Of a DNA stretch of 64,000 bases, positions 51,215-61,321 are shown one piece after another. Position 1 is the stretch's first letter, and each line of letters starts with the position of its first letter. Origin of the DNA: an uncultured bacterium (lineage in GTDB: Bacteria; Fidelibacterota; UBA2242; JAFGTP01); the NCBI GenBank assembly GCA_964498725.1, contig CAZCHS010000001.1, positions 1,666 to 65,665 on the forward strand. The letters run 5' to 3'. The translations under genes and the position numbers were made by a program. The notes below the pieces were generated by a model that worked only from the letters and a program-made list of their open reading frames with translations, had not been told where the DNA came from and ran no database searches.

Positions 51215-52441
51215 ATGTCTTTAAAAAAAATAGAAAAAACAATCGGTGGAAACCTGGAAGATTTATATTCCAGCGGTCGCGCTAAAGGTGAAGAAAAAGT
51301 AATTGTTGATGTGAAAAAAGCAGGGCGGGATCATGGCCCCAGATATATTCTCAGGGGCTTTGGAGATCAGGCGTTCATCAAAATGAATGCGAATTCCTAC
51401 CTGGGACTGTCACTGCGGGAAGATATGATTCAGGCGGAAGAGGAAGCCGCCCGGAAGTTTGGTGTTGGTCCGGGCGCTGTACGGTTTATCAGTGGCACTT
51501 ATGACCATCATATTAAACTGGAAAAAAAACTGGCGGAATTTCACGGGAAACCTGCCGGTATGATCTTTAGCTCTGCCTATGTGACGAGTATGGGTGTGAT
51601 TGTTCCGCTGACCACCAAGGAAACAGTGATCATCAGCGATGAGCTCAATCATAATTGTATCATCAACGGGGTTCGCTTATCCCGCCCGGCACATAAGGCA
51701 ATTTATAAACACAATGATATGCAGGACCTGGAAAAGCAGTTAGCAGACGCAGTAGGAAAAGGCCGGCGCGTACTGGTTATTACCGACGGTATATTTTCCA
51801 TGCGTGGGGATCATGCACCCCTGGACGAATTAGTGAAAACCTGTGAAAAATATAATGATAAATTTGAAGAAGGTGTAATTTCGATCGTTGATGATTCCCA
51901 CGGCGTTGGAGCCTTTGGCAAAACCGGACGGGGCACGGAAGAATATACCGGCGCGACGGTGGATGTGCTGATCGGGACATTGGGGAAGGCCTTTGGCGTT
52001 AATGGCGGCTATGTGGTGACCAATGAAAAAATCATTGAATATCTTCGGGAAACAGCGCCAATGTACATCTATTCCAATCCGATTACAGTTTCAGAATGTA
52101 ATGCGGCAATGAAAGCGCTCGATATTCTTACGGGAGAAGAAGGAAAGTCTATTATAGCCCACCTGCATCAAATGACGAAAAAGTTTGAAAAAGGATTGCT
52201 GGATTTGGGTTTTGAAACCATTAAAGGCGATCATCCGGTGGTACCGCTGATGGTCCGTGACACTCAGGAAACCAAAAGGATTGTCGATTTCCTGATGGAA
52301 AATGGTGTTCTTGCGACAGGATTGAATTTTCCGGTTGTGCCGAAAGGTGATGAGGAAATTCGTTTTCAGGTTTCTGCTGAGCATACAGAGGCTGATATTG
52401 ATTATGTCCTCAATATTCTGAAAAAATACAAAAACAAGTAA
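51215..52441 (+). CDS. kbl: glycine C-acetyltransferase / 2-amino-3-ketobutyrate CoA ligase (alpha-oxoamine synthase family)
   Basis: NSYLGL, VRFISGT.DHH..LE..LAEF, PLP-lysine TLGKAFG and C-terminal FPVVPKG.EEIRFQVSAEHT, which matches Kbl closely. Start moved to the ATG at 51215 (GGAGAG upstream). Confidence 0.65.
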   Translation: MSLKKIEKTIGGNLEDLYSSGRAKGEEKVIVDVKKAGRDHGPRYILRGFGDQAFIKMNANSYLGLSLREDMIQAEEEAARKFGVGPGAVRFISGTYDHHIKLEKKLAEFHGKPAGMIFSSAYVTSMGVIVPLTTKETVIISDELNHNCIINGVRLSRPAHKAIYKHNDMQDLEKQLADAVGKGRRVLVITDGIFSMRGDHAPLDELVKTCEKYNDKFEEGVISIVDDSHGVGAFGKTGRGTEEYTGATVDVLIGTLGKAFGVNGGYVVTNEKIIEYLRETAPMYIYSNPITVSECNAAMKALDILTGEEGKSIIAHLHQMTKKFEKGLLDLGFETIKGDHPVVPLMVRDTQETKRIVDFLMENGVLATGLNFPVVPKGDEEIRFQVSAEHTEADIDYVLNILKKYKNK

Positions 52442-52540
52442 ATTTAAAGAGGCTGTCCGATAGAGGTTGGCCGGCTGCGTCATATGTATGTGCAGAATCC
52501 ATAAAAAAGAGAATTTTTGACACCCTGCTGAGAAGAAATA

Positions 52541-52585
52541 TTTTGGCCCTGGCTGCGTTTAACCGGGGCCAAAATAATTTTATTT
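52541..52585 (+). terminator. candidate terminator hairpin TTTTGGCCC-loop-GGGCCAAAA followed by TAATTTTATTT
   Basis: 9-bp stem with a 16-nt loop, downstream of kbl. Confidence 0.35.
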
Positions 52586-52687
52586 CCGCATATTTCGATT
52601 CATATCTTTAATATTACTCCCGAACAGCTTCATATTGCATTTAAACAATTTTATCATTATTCTGAAATTAAAAGGAAATATATTCAG

Positions 52688-53707
52688 ATGTTTAATAAAC
52701 TGACGATTTTACTCATAACAATTCTAAGTTTAAGCACATGCACCCGGTATATACATGATTTTTCTAATCTCATTGTGGAAGACGGTCAGTATGACACGGA
52801 ATTTCCCCATCGCAATTGCGCTGCGGAACTGAGTAATATTAGCAACACTACCAAAATGTTAACCTGTGTTGGATATTATACGGAATATCAATTCAGCCTT
52901 GAAAATCAATTTACGCTACAGGATATCAAGATCGATGAAGCGGTCAAAACGGTCAGTTTTAATAATAACAGCACCGGAACGGCAACTATTATTCATAAGG
53001 AAAATAACCAGGTGGCGATGTTGACTTGCGCCCACATTGTAAACGTGCCGGAAAAAATTATCACCTATTTTGAGAAACCCTATGATAATTACATCGCTTC
53101 TATCTCTTTTCTTACAAAAAAAATGATTTACTGTTCTGAAATTGCCACCGAAGACATTGAAATTCTTGTGCTGGATGATAAAATCGATATCGCTATTTTG
53201 GGCGCTAAAACCAGCGAAACGAGCAACCTGATTCCCGTTTTAGATTATCCGGTGGGAAATACAAAACAACTTAATTGGGGAAGTTTTGTCTATTTGTTTG
53301 GGTTTCCAAGAGGATACAAAATGATCTCTCACGGCATTACCAGTTTCAGTAAGCCGCGGCCGGAACAGTATTTTTATGCTGATTCGCCTTTCAATCGTGG
53401 TTTCAGTGGGGGACTGGTAATAGGTATACTAGACGGTGTGCCAAATTTTGAAGTGATTGGGATCGCCACTTCGGCCGCTGCGGAATTTTACCAGTATTTA
53501 TCTCCGAGAGTTAACAATGAAGCTGAAGATTTCAAAGTCACATTTGAACCCTATGAGGGGGAAATATTTACCAAAAAATTAGAAATGATCATGTATGGCG
53601 TAACGCAAATTACTTCTATAAATGCAATTACAGGATTTTGGAAAGAAAACCGCGATTACCTGGAATCCCGGGGATACTATCTGAATTCATTTTTTGAACG
53701 GCAATAA
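52688..53707 (+). CDS. trypsin-like (S1/chymotrypsin-fold) serine protease lipoprotein
   Basis: Lipobox LSLSTC. Catalytic triad candidates TCAHI (His), DIAIL (Asp) and GFSGGLV (Ser). Confidence 0.5.
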   Translation: MFNKLTILLITILSLSTCTRYIHDFSNLIVEDGQYDTEFPHRNCAAELSNISNTTKMLTCVGYYTEYQFSLENQFTLQDIKIDEAVKTVSFNNNSTGTATIIHKENNQVAMLTCAHIVNVPEKIITYFEKPYDNYIASISFLTKKMIYCSEIATEDIEILVLDDKIDIAILGAKTSETSNLIPVLDYPVGNTKQLNWGSFVYLFGFPRGYKMISHGITSFSKPRPEQYFYADSPFNRGFSGGLVIGILDGVPNFEVIGIATSAAAEFYQYLSPRVNNEAEDFKVTFEPYEGEIFTKKLEMIMYGVTQITSINAITGFWKENRDYLESRGYYLNSFFERQ

Positions 53708-53924
53708 ATTTACTATTACAATTAAAACAACGTAACTGCTTCCCCATGCAGGTGACAAGTCTCCCGGTCTTTTGATTTCTTTCCAAACCGGATTATCCTA
53801 CCGCCGGACAGACAGAAATTATCCTCTACGATAAAGAAAAACTCTAAGCAGTTGCAAAATATTTTCTTTGTATAAGTTTAGCGAATAGTTAATTTTTACG
53901 CCAATAATGTTATTGAGGAGAATT

Positions 53925-56792
53925 ATGGTCAAAAGAATTATTATTTTGAGCTTATTTTTATTTCTAACCAATTTAAACGCCTATTATTTCATGAATCAGC
54001 GCAATCACGCAGAGATTGACTGGAAAAGTCTTGAATCGGAAAATATAATTGTCGCGTATCATGACCCCCTGCTGGAGACGGCCGAGGAGGCACTGCAAAT
54101 ATCTGAAGCCACTTACAAGTCCCTGGTACAGACTTATGACCTGGAGTTGGATGAAAAAATCAAGATTTTTATCACCAACCAGGATAAAATAACCAATGGA
54201 TATTCAGCAGCCGGAAAATATATTGCCATTTGGGTGGATGTCAATGATTATGTCAATATTTTCACCGGCCGGGAAAAATGGCTGCGAAAAGTGCTTTCTC
54301 ATGAAATTTCCCACCATTTTGTTTTCCATTCTGTCAGAACCTGGGCGGATATATTTTTTCCTGTCACCGCAATGTCTTTTCCTTCGGATTTTAATGAGGG
54401 ATATGCCATGTTTTTCAGTGGCGAAGAATGGGGATATGGCCGGGAAGATGCCAACCTCCGTAAAGGGATATTTTCCAATGATATTTCCTACAACCATCCC
54501 GATGGTTTTTTCTACACTACCGGATTTTCCATGGTGCGTTATTTATATGAATTCTATGGTATGGAAAAACTACAGGAACTATTGAAATACAGAAATAAAT
54601 TCAATCTCTATAGTTTCAAGACAGCATTTAAAAAAGTCTATGGGAAAAGCCTCAAAGAATTTAAGGAAGAATGGCGACAGTATGTTTATGCTTATTATTT
54701 CGGAACTGCCTATGAGATGAAGAGTAGTGATGGCGATACTTCAGCTGTCAACAGTTTAAATTATCTTGACAGGATCGATGTCAAAGGCTGGAAAAATTTT
54801 CGATCAATAACAATGAAGGATTCCCTGATCTTTTTTCAGGGCAAGGGAAATGACAAGCAATATTATCATGATCTGGGCATTGGATATTTTAACCGGGATA
54901 CACTCAATAATGATACCCTGGAAATTAAGCGAATTAAGAAAATTGAACCGGTGGGAATTGCACAGGACCTTTCCATCAGTAATAATCTGCGTTACTGCTC
55001 TTATGTGAAGTATGAGCGGGGTAAGTTCGGTTCCATTTTACCGAAGATTCATGTCTATGATATTAAAATGGATAAAATAGAGAAAATCACCACCGGCCGG
55101 CTACCACAGGTTGATAATCGGGGCGGCGTTTATTTTCAGCAGCTGAACCATGAAAATAATTTTATTAAATATCGTCAGGAAGAAAGTGAAGAAACGATTT
55201 TGACCCTGCACAAAAGTACAGCAATTGGCGAAATGGTGCTGGGCCCTGACGGCGATAAACTGGCTTTATCTCAATTTGATGAAAACCATGAGTTTTTATT
55301 GACAGTTTACAGTTTGTCAGACAAGCAGATGATCCACACAGACACTTTGCCCAGATTTCCCCGTAAAATATTCTGGCGGGACCAGGAAAACCTGGTCATA
55401 ACCTTACCGGGAGAAGTTGACAGCCGAACAGTAATTAAGAATATTAATATCAAAACCGGCGGGACTGCGGATTTCGAGACTCCGCCATACAATGTGATCG
55501 CACAGCAAATCGAGAAAACCGATTCCACCCATAAAGCCATTGTACTGGCGGAATTGGACCGTGAAAAAAATAGATTGCTAAAGGTTGATCTAAAAGATAA
55601 AAGTGGAAACCGGTATACACCTGAATCAAATTATTACACGCGCTGGATCGAAGCTCGCTATCCCTATCCGATTGAGGTTCCTGATACAGTTCCGGACTAT
55701 AAAAAGCAGAACTATAATCATCTGAAAAATGTGGAATCCTATATCAATTTTATATATCCTGATGTGGAGGCTATGATTCTGATGACAATGTGGATGGATC
55801 CGCTGTCCAGGCATATGTTCACTTTCAGCGGTTACCTGGAATACGATGGCATGGAGCCTTATTATTTAATAAATTATGTCAACCGGCAATTACCGGTGAC
55901 TATTGATCTCAGCTATACAAAATATATATGGCTGGGGGGAATTTGGGAAGATACCTGGTTTACTTATGATATTGAAAATGTTGGAATTAATTTCAGTAAA
56001 CCACTGGACATAATAAAAAATTCCTTTGTTCGTTTTCAGGTTTCCACCGGGTTGATGTATCAGGACATAAAACTGCGGGAAGAAAATTTTGAAACCCGTC
56101 CGATTTTTGAAGAGGGTATTGCCTACACGTCGGAATCAGGATTGCAACTTGTCTATGAACTGCCTTTCAAAAATTCCTTTGTTCATCCGGTAAGGAAATA
56201 TGGCGTGAATTATCAACTCAGTATGGCTAATTCCTCACTGGGCATGAAAAAGGATTTTGTAGAGCATGACATTAATTTCGAACTTGACTTCGCGCCGCTC
56301 TACGATGTGTTCAATCTGAAAGTGGATAATTTTATTTTTACCAACAAAACCAATTTGAATATCATCAATGGTAACTATTTTTCACAATTTCAGCCCGGAC
56401 TGGATATTAATGAAAATATACCCATTGGTGGTGGGCTGATCACGGAAAGACAGTATTTACGTGGTATCGATAAGACTCTGGTGGGCAATAAATTACTGGT
56501 CACAAAGAATGAATTCTGGATGAAGATAACCGATGATCTGAATTTTTCTGTTAATCTTGGCGCGCCTTTGATAGATGCCGGGTATTTGGGTATTGGTCTA
56601 TGGACTGATTATGGAAAAATCTGGACCGATGACGGAAATTATACTTTTCAAACAGCCGGATATGAATTCAAAGGGGTTGTTAATATTTTGGGAATCCCTA
56701 CCATTCAGCGGTTTGGCCGTGCCTATAATTTAGATACAGAAGCCCTGGACTATTATTACCAGATGAATCTGCCCATAGATATCGGACTTTAA
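53925..56792 (+). CDS. large secreted protein: N-terminal gluzincin (HExxH...NEGxA, MA-clan) metallopeptidase-like domain, PD40/TolB-like beta-propeller and a C-terminal domain of unknown fold
   Basis: Signal peptide. LSHEISHH followed 27 aa later by NEGYAMF. Propeller-like repeats in the middle. ATG at 53925 with GAGGAG upstream is preferred over 53907. Confidence 0.5.
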   Translation: MVKRIIILSLFLFLTNLNAYYFMNQRNHAEIDWKSLESENIIVAYHDPLLETAEEALQISEATYKSLVQTYDLELDEKIKIFITNQDKITNGYSAAGKYIAIWVDVNDYVNIFTGREKWLRKVLSHEISHHFVFHSVRTWADIFFPVTAMSFPSDFNEGYAMFFSGEEWGYGREDANLRKGIFSNDISYNHPDGFFYTTGFSMVRYLYEFYGMEKLQELLKYRNKFNLYSFKTAFKKVYGKSLKEFKEEWRQYVYAYYFGTAYEMKSSDGDTSAVNSLNYLDRIDVKGWKNFRSITMKDSLIFFQGKGNDKQYYHDLGIGYFNRDTLNNDTLEIKRIKKIEPVGIAQDLSISNNLRYCSYVKYERGKFGSILPKIHVYDIKMDKIEKITTGRLPQVDNRGGVYFQQLNHENNFIKYRQEESEETILTLHKSTAIGEMVLGPDGDKLALSQFDENHEFLLTVYSLSDKQMIHTDTLPRFPRKIFWRDQENLVITLPGEVDSRTVIKNINIKTGGTADFETPPYNVIAQQIEKTDSTHKAIVLAELDREKNRLLKVDLKDKSGNRYTPESNYYTRWIEARYPYPIEVPDTVPDYKKQNYNHLKNVESYINFIYPDVEAMILMTMWMDPLSRHMFTFSGYLEYDGMEPYYLINYVNRQLPVTIDLSYTKYIWLGGIWEDTWFTYDIENVGINFSKPLDIIKNSFVRFQVSTGLMYQDIKLREENFETRPIFEEGIAYTSESGLQLVYELPFKNSFVHPVRKYGVNYQLSMANSSLGMKKDFVEHDINFELDFAPLYDVFNLKVDNFIFTNKTNLNIINGNYFSQFQPGLDINENIPIGGGLITERQYLRGIDKTLVGNKLLVTKNEFWMKITDDLNFSVNLGAPLIDAGYLGIGLWTDYGKIWTDDGNYTFQTAGYEFKGVVNILGIPTIQRFGRAYNLDTEALDYYYQMNLPIDIGL

Positions 56793-56867
56793 AAAAGATG
56801 AATATTGTAGAGAATAATTAAAATTATTAAATTTACAGGATTTGTAAATAATGTTTAATGAGGATTT

Positions 56868-57221
56868 ATGAAATTACAAGTACTAAAATCTAAGATACAT
56901 CGCGCTGTTGTAACGGAAACTGAATTGGATTATGTCGGCAGCATTACAATTGATAAAGAAATGATGGATGCCGTTGGCCTCTATGATAATGAAAAAGTTC
57001 ATGTCTTCAATATCAATAGCGGCGATCGGTTTGAAACCTATGTAATTGAAGGCAAGCCCGGCGCTAAACAGATCTGCGTTAATGGCGCGGCCGCCCGTAT
57101 GGCGCAAAAAGGGGACCGGGTGATCATTGTTGCATATGGTTTGATTGACGAGCAGGAGATGCAACATTTCTCACCAAAAATTGTGACCATAAATGAAAAA
57201 AATGAGATAATTGAAAATTGA
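56868..57221 (+). CDS. panD: aspartate 1-decarboxylase
   Basis: MKLQVLKSKIHRA..T...L.YVGSITID, the self-processing Gly-Ser site, 117 aa. Confidence 0.9.
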   Translation: MKLQVLKSKIHRAVVTETELDYVGSITIDKEMMDAVGLYDNEKVHVFNINSGDRFETYVIEGKPGAKQICVNGAAARMAQKGDRVIIVAYGLIDEQEMQHFSPKIVTINEKNEIIEN

Positions 57222-57296
57222 TTTGCCGGAGGGCCGGTTAAATAATTATTTTAATTCTTGAAAAAGACTAAATATTGGCATATAATAGAGTATTAC

Positions 57297-57327
57297 AAAA
57301 TAGGACAAGCAAAGGCTTGTCCTATTT
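57297..57327 (+). terminator. hairpin ATAGGACAAGC-AAAG-GCTTGTCCTAT downstream of panD
   Basis: 11-bp perfect stem. Weak T-tract. Confidence 0.4.
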
Positions 57328-57368
57328 ATATAATCGTTATTTAATTCGGTTTTTTTATTTTGTAACTA

Positions 57369-59291
57369 ATGAAATATTACATTCGCCAGATAATACCTTT
57401 TTTCCTTGGAATACTAATAATTATTGGAATTTATATAGTAGATGTCGTTTTTTATCGGGTGCCCAGTTTTATCAAAGTTTTTCGAATAGAAAGAGAAGCG
57501 GCGGCAGTGGTTTCGCTATTATTAACTTTCCCATTTATAAAAAAAATATACTTTGACAAAATCCTTCTGGAAAGACAAAAATTTCTTACATTCCTGATAT
57601 TGGCCTTGACCCTGATCGGTGTTATTTTACTGCCACGGCTGGTGATTAAAAAGTATATTGTGCTGTGGGATAATAATCCCATGCTGGCGGAATTTCCAAC
57701 TGTTTGGAATGCCTATTCCGTCTTGTGTGCAATTTTATTTTCTTTGGCTCTGATGTTATTTATTCAAATCATCAAATCCCTGGTATTAAAACAGGAGGGA
57801 AGTTTATTTTTCAAGATCCTTTTCAAGGTTATTATCATTGCCATTGTAATGGTTGCTCTTCTTTTTAATATGATCGAGGACCGCTATCTTTATCAGCCGG
57901 TGCTGGATGGTTATATGGGACTGTTTTATAATTATAAACTGGGAATTTATCTGTTCTTAGCAATCTCGGTCGTTTTTGCCTTTGACAGTTCATGGCTTGA
58001 GGATTTGAATAAGCGGGATAAGATCATCTGCTTCATCAGCAGTATATTAACGGCTTTGATACTGCTCTACCTGTTTTGGTCAAAATATATCGTGTCTGTC
58101 TATGCCTTTAGTACGACTGTTAAGGGCTTTGTGCTGGTCGGTTTTTTGTTTGTGCTGGCCTTTTTAACGGTCACTTCGGTCAAGATACTATTTCATCTAC
58201 CAACAGCCGGAAAGGTAGACCGGGTCAGCCAGGAATTGCAGTTTTTATCAGAAATTGAAGCCATGTTTAAACAAAAAGCCAAAGACCAGGAAATTATTGA
58301 TGCTGTAATTGACCTTTCTAATCGAATTACCGAGGCTAATGGTGGCTGGCTGGAATTACGGGAGACAGGTGATAAATTTAGGATCAAACATTATCTGAAC
58401 ATCGACGAAGACCTGGTTAATGAGATTGGTTCTTTTACAGTGGATAACATCAAAAATTATCTCATCGAACAAAGGAAATTTTTGTTAATTGAAAATATCC
58501 GGGACAATGACCTGACAAAGGATTTTAAATACCTGGAAATTCCCTGGAAATCCCTGTTGGCAATACCAGTGGCTATTGATAATGATGTTATCGGCGTGTT
58601 TTATTTGGTCAAAAATAAATTAAAGGGATTTTCTAATAAAGATGAGAAAACACTGCGGCGGTTTTTGATCCATCTGGAACCGGTTATTTCCAGGCGATTA
58701 GCCGGAATTGGCTGTAATGAACAGCCGGAACGGATTCATTTTCAACAAAATGATTATGTGATTGATGTTATCGGATCAGCAAAAATGCAATATCTCACCA
58801 TATGTGATGGTAGATATTTTGACTGTTGTATTCTGGGGATTTCTGAGGAAATCAGCGCCAATGATCTGCTGGAATTAAAAGGCAGTCTCAAAATATTGAT
58901 GAAGATGAATAATAATATCACGGATATTGCCGATTCACTGGGGAACCTGGTGGATCTGTCGCCGGAAAGTTGTGACTATATTTTTGTATTCCTGAATACT
59001 GAAAAAGGGCAGGTGGCTGTGATCAAATCCGGTTATTTGTTCCATGGGAATTCATCCGGCAGTGATAATAAGATAATCAGTGATACAAACAAAATAGCCG
59101 AGCATTCCCTTGAGGATTGGGAAATCATAAAAAAGGACCAGGAAAAGTTATTGGATCTCTCCCGTTTTCAGGAATTTATTGATAGCCGGGGCGAAATATC
59201 CGAAGCGGATTTATATTATAAATTTCATACGCTGTTTGATGAGGATTTGCCAAGAGAAGATTTTATCTTGATACGGAAAGTATCAGTGTAA
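57369..59291 (+). CDS. polytopic membrane sensor with a cytoplasmic GAF domain and a C-terminal SpoIIE/PP2C-like (possibly degenerate) phosphatase domain
   Basis: About 8 N-terminal TM helices. GAF-like region (...AIPVAIDNDVIGVFYLVKN...). C-terminal ...EDFILIRKVSV resembles the PP2C/SpoIIE ending DDiTvlvvrv. Confidence 0.45.
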   Translation: MKYYIRQIIPFFLGILIIIGIYIVDVVFYRVPSFIKVFRIEREAAAVVSLLLTFPFIKKIYFDKILLERQKFLTFLILALTLIGVILLPRLVIKKYIVLWDNNPMLAEFPTVWNAYSVLCAILFSLALMLFIQIIKSLVLKQEGSLFFKILFKVIIIAIVMVALLFNMIEDRYLYQPVLDGYMGLFYNYKLGIYLFLAISVVFAFDSSWLEDLNKRDKIICFISSILTALILLYLFWSKYIVSVYAFSTTVKGFVLVGFLFVLAFLTVTSVKILFHLPTAGKVDRVSQELQFLSEIEAMFKQKAKDQEIIDAVIDLSNRITEANGGWLELRETGDKFRIKHYLNIDEDLVNEIGSFTVDNIKNYLIEQRKFLLIENIRDNDLTKDFKYLEIPWKSLLAIPVAIDNDVIGVFYLVKNKLKGFSNKDEKTLRRFLIHLEPVISRRLAGIGCNEQPERIHFQQNDYVIDVIGSAKMQYLTICDGRYFDCCILGISEEISANDLLELKGSLKILMKMNNNITDIADSLGNLVDLSPESCDYIFVFLNTEKGQVAVIKSGYLFHGNSSGSDNKIISDTNKIAEHSLEDWEIIKKDQEKLLDLSRFQEFIDSRGEISEADLYYKFHTLFDEDLPREDFILIRKVSV

Positions 59292-60491
59292 ATAGTTGAT
59301 GGATTTGGTGATATAGGTGAGGGGCTCTTTTTCCATATTGAGGATGTATGGATCCGATATTTTCTTTCCCTCGGAGTTGGTGATAACCTTTACCATTGGC
59401 CGGACAGGGCGGTTTTTATTTACAGACATTACACGTGCGATTTGGCCGTTATTTAGCAAAACATGACTGCCGACGGGATACATTGAAATGATATTGATGA
59501 AGGCTTTTAAAATTTTCGGATCAAAATCATTCTGATGCTCCTGAATTAGTTTTTGAATGGCAGCCGGTGGTTTATAGCCGGGGCGGTAATTTCTTTCATG
59601 GACCAGGGATTCAAATTTATCGGCGATGGCTAATATTCTGGCAAAAGGAGTGATCTCTTCGCCTTTCAATCCATTGGGATAGCCGGTTCCGTCCCATTTT
59701 TCATGCTCTTCCAGTATTGTTTTTATGATAAAGGGATATTTAGCTGATAAATGCTGAAGGATTTCCGCGCCGTAATTGGGATGATTTTTCAATTGATGGC
59801 GTTCCTCTTCTGTATATTTACCCGGTTTGCTTAAAATGACCGGGCTGATCCTAAGCATACCCACATCATGGAGCAGTGTAGTCAATGCCAGTGCATAGAG
59901 TTGCTTGATATTGAAATCAAGGCCGTGACCAACCTCAATGGCAATAATGGCGGTATTAATCGAGTGGGATGAAAACCATTCGGTTGAGCGTCCCGGATGA
60001 AGCGCCAAAATTAATAATTCATCCTCTTCCAGGGTGTATTTTACAAACTTTGGAATATATGGCAGAAGTTTGTTGATATCAATTTTCTCATTGGCGCCAA
60101 TTTGTTCTTTATAGGATTTTAAAATATTGGTAATGACTTTGTAAAGTTTTCTGCTGATCTGAACCGGATCATCGGACAGGCTTTTTTCCTGTTTCGACTG
60201 TGCAGGAGGAGGTGTTGGTTTTTCGGTTTTTTCTTCAGGTGGGTTTTCTTTGGGGTCAGGGGTTGGATTATTATCTGTTTTTGGCGGAGATTCCTGTAGT
60301 GGCTTTTGTTCTGTTTCTTCTCTTTCTGCAGTTTGATTTTGGTGTTGCGGGTCAGGGAGATTATTGCTGTGAAGATTTTTACGAATATCGCTAAGATTGC
60401 TGAACGTAGCTATGCCCCGGACATTTTTGTCATTATTTTTTTCTTCTTCATAGGATTTATGAGATCCGACGATATCTTTCATCCTGGACAT
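59283..60491 (-). CDS. HD-GYP domain c-di-GMP phosphodiesterase with a Pro/Glu/Lys-rich N-terminal linker
   Basis: HD motif LHDVGM and HEKWDGTGYPNGL. The 3' end overlaps the convergent gene by 9 nt. Confidence 0.75.
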   Translation of the reverse strand: MSRMKDIVGSHKSYEEEKNNDKNVRGIATFSNLSDIRKNLHSNNLPDPQHQNQTAEREETEQKPLQESPPKTDNNPTPDPKENPPEEKTEKPTPPPAQSKQEKSLSDDPVQISRKLYKVITNILKSYKEQIGANEKIDINKLLPYIPKFVKYTLEEDELLILALHPGRSTEWFSSHSINTAIIAIEVGHGLDFNIKQLYALALTTLLHDVGMLRISPVILSKPGKYTEEERHQLKNHPNYGAEILQHLSAKYPFIIKTILEEHEKWDGTGYPNGLKGEEITPFARILAIADKFESLVHERNYRPGYKPPAAIQKLIQEHQNDFDPKILKAFINIISMYPVGSHVLLNNGQIARVMSVNKNRPVRPMVKVITNSEGKKISDPYILNMEKEPLTYITKSINYLH

Positions 60492-60492
60492 A

Positions 60493-61290
60493 TTATTCTT
60501 CCGAGTTGATTATACTGATTATATGGTCTGCGTCAATTTTAGTTAATTTTTGTCCAAAACCCAACAATAAACTTAAATCGCAAATGTTATTTATTTTGCG
60601 GGGAATACCATGGGAAAATTTATGAATTTCATGAATTGCTTCATCTGTAAAGATTTCATTTTTAGCCCCGGCCTTTGACAATCTGTACCTGATGTATTGT
60701 TGCGTGTCTTCAAGTTCAAATCTGCGTAAATGATAACGCACGGCGATACGTTGTTCTAATTGAGGAATCTCCGCGACAATATCTTTTAACTCAGGCTGTC
60801 CGGTCAGTAACAGAGTCAGCAGAAAGCGGTCATTGAACTGGAAGTTCAGCAGCATGCGCAGTTCCTCAAAAGTTTCTTTCTGGTTAATGGTCTGTGCCTC
60901 ATCGACAATAATGATTGTATGCATTCCTTTTTTGAAAGTGTCAACAAGATTATCATTGAGGGCGTGCAGCATATCCATTCTGACAGTTGACGCGTGATCA
61001 ATTTGAAGTTGGTATAATATCTCGCCGATCAGTTCATTGGCAGACCACCGGGGATTTGTCAGGTAGGCAACATTGTATTTATCTTTTGGTAATTCATTGA
61101 TCAGCGTATGCATTAGCAGTGTTTTGCCACAGCCGTATTCACCGCTTAGCATTGCGGCTCCTTTTAAACTATTGATTGCATACAGGAGCCTGATATAGGC
61201 TTCATCATGTTCGGCAGAGTGATAAAGAAATTTTGGATTCGGCGTGTTTTCAAAAGGTTTTTCAGCGAATTTCCAGTAATTCAGATACAT
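60493..61290 (-). CDS. ExeA/GspA-like AAA ATPase (secretion- or EPS-locus-associated ATPase family)
   Basis: MYLNYWKFAEKPFENTPNPKFLYHSAEHDEAYIRLLYA..LSGEYGCGKTLL matches the ExeA N-terminus. Walker B IIIVDEAQ. Confidence 0.7.
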   Translation of the reverse strand: MYLNYWKFAEKPFENTPNPKFLYHSAEHDEAYIRLLYAINSLKGAAMLSGEYGCGKTLLMHTLINELPKDKYNVAYLTNPRWSANELIGEILYQLQIDHASTVRMDMLHALNDNLVDTFKKGMHTIIIVDEAQTINQKETFEELRMLLNFQFNDRFLLTLLLTGQPELKDIVAEIPQLEQRIAVRYHLRRFELEDTQQYIRYRLSKAGAKNEIFTDEAIHEIHKFSHGIPRKINNICDLSLLLGFGQKLTKIDADHIISIINSEE

Positions 61291-61321
61291 ATATCCTCAA
61301 TAAAAGTTAAATTTAAAAAAT

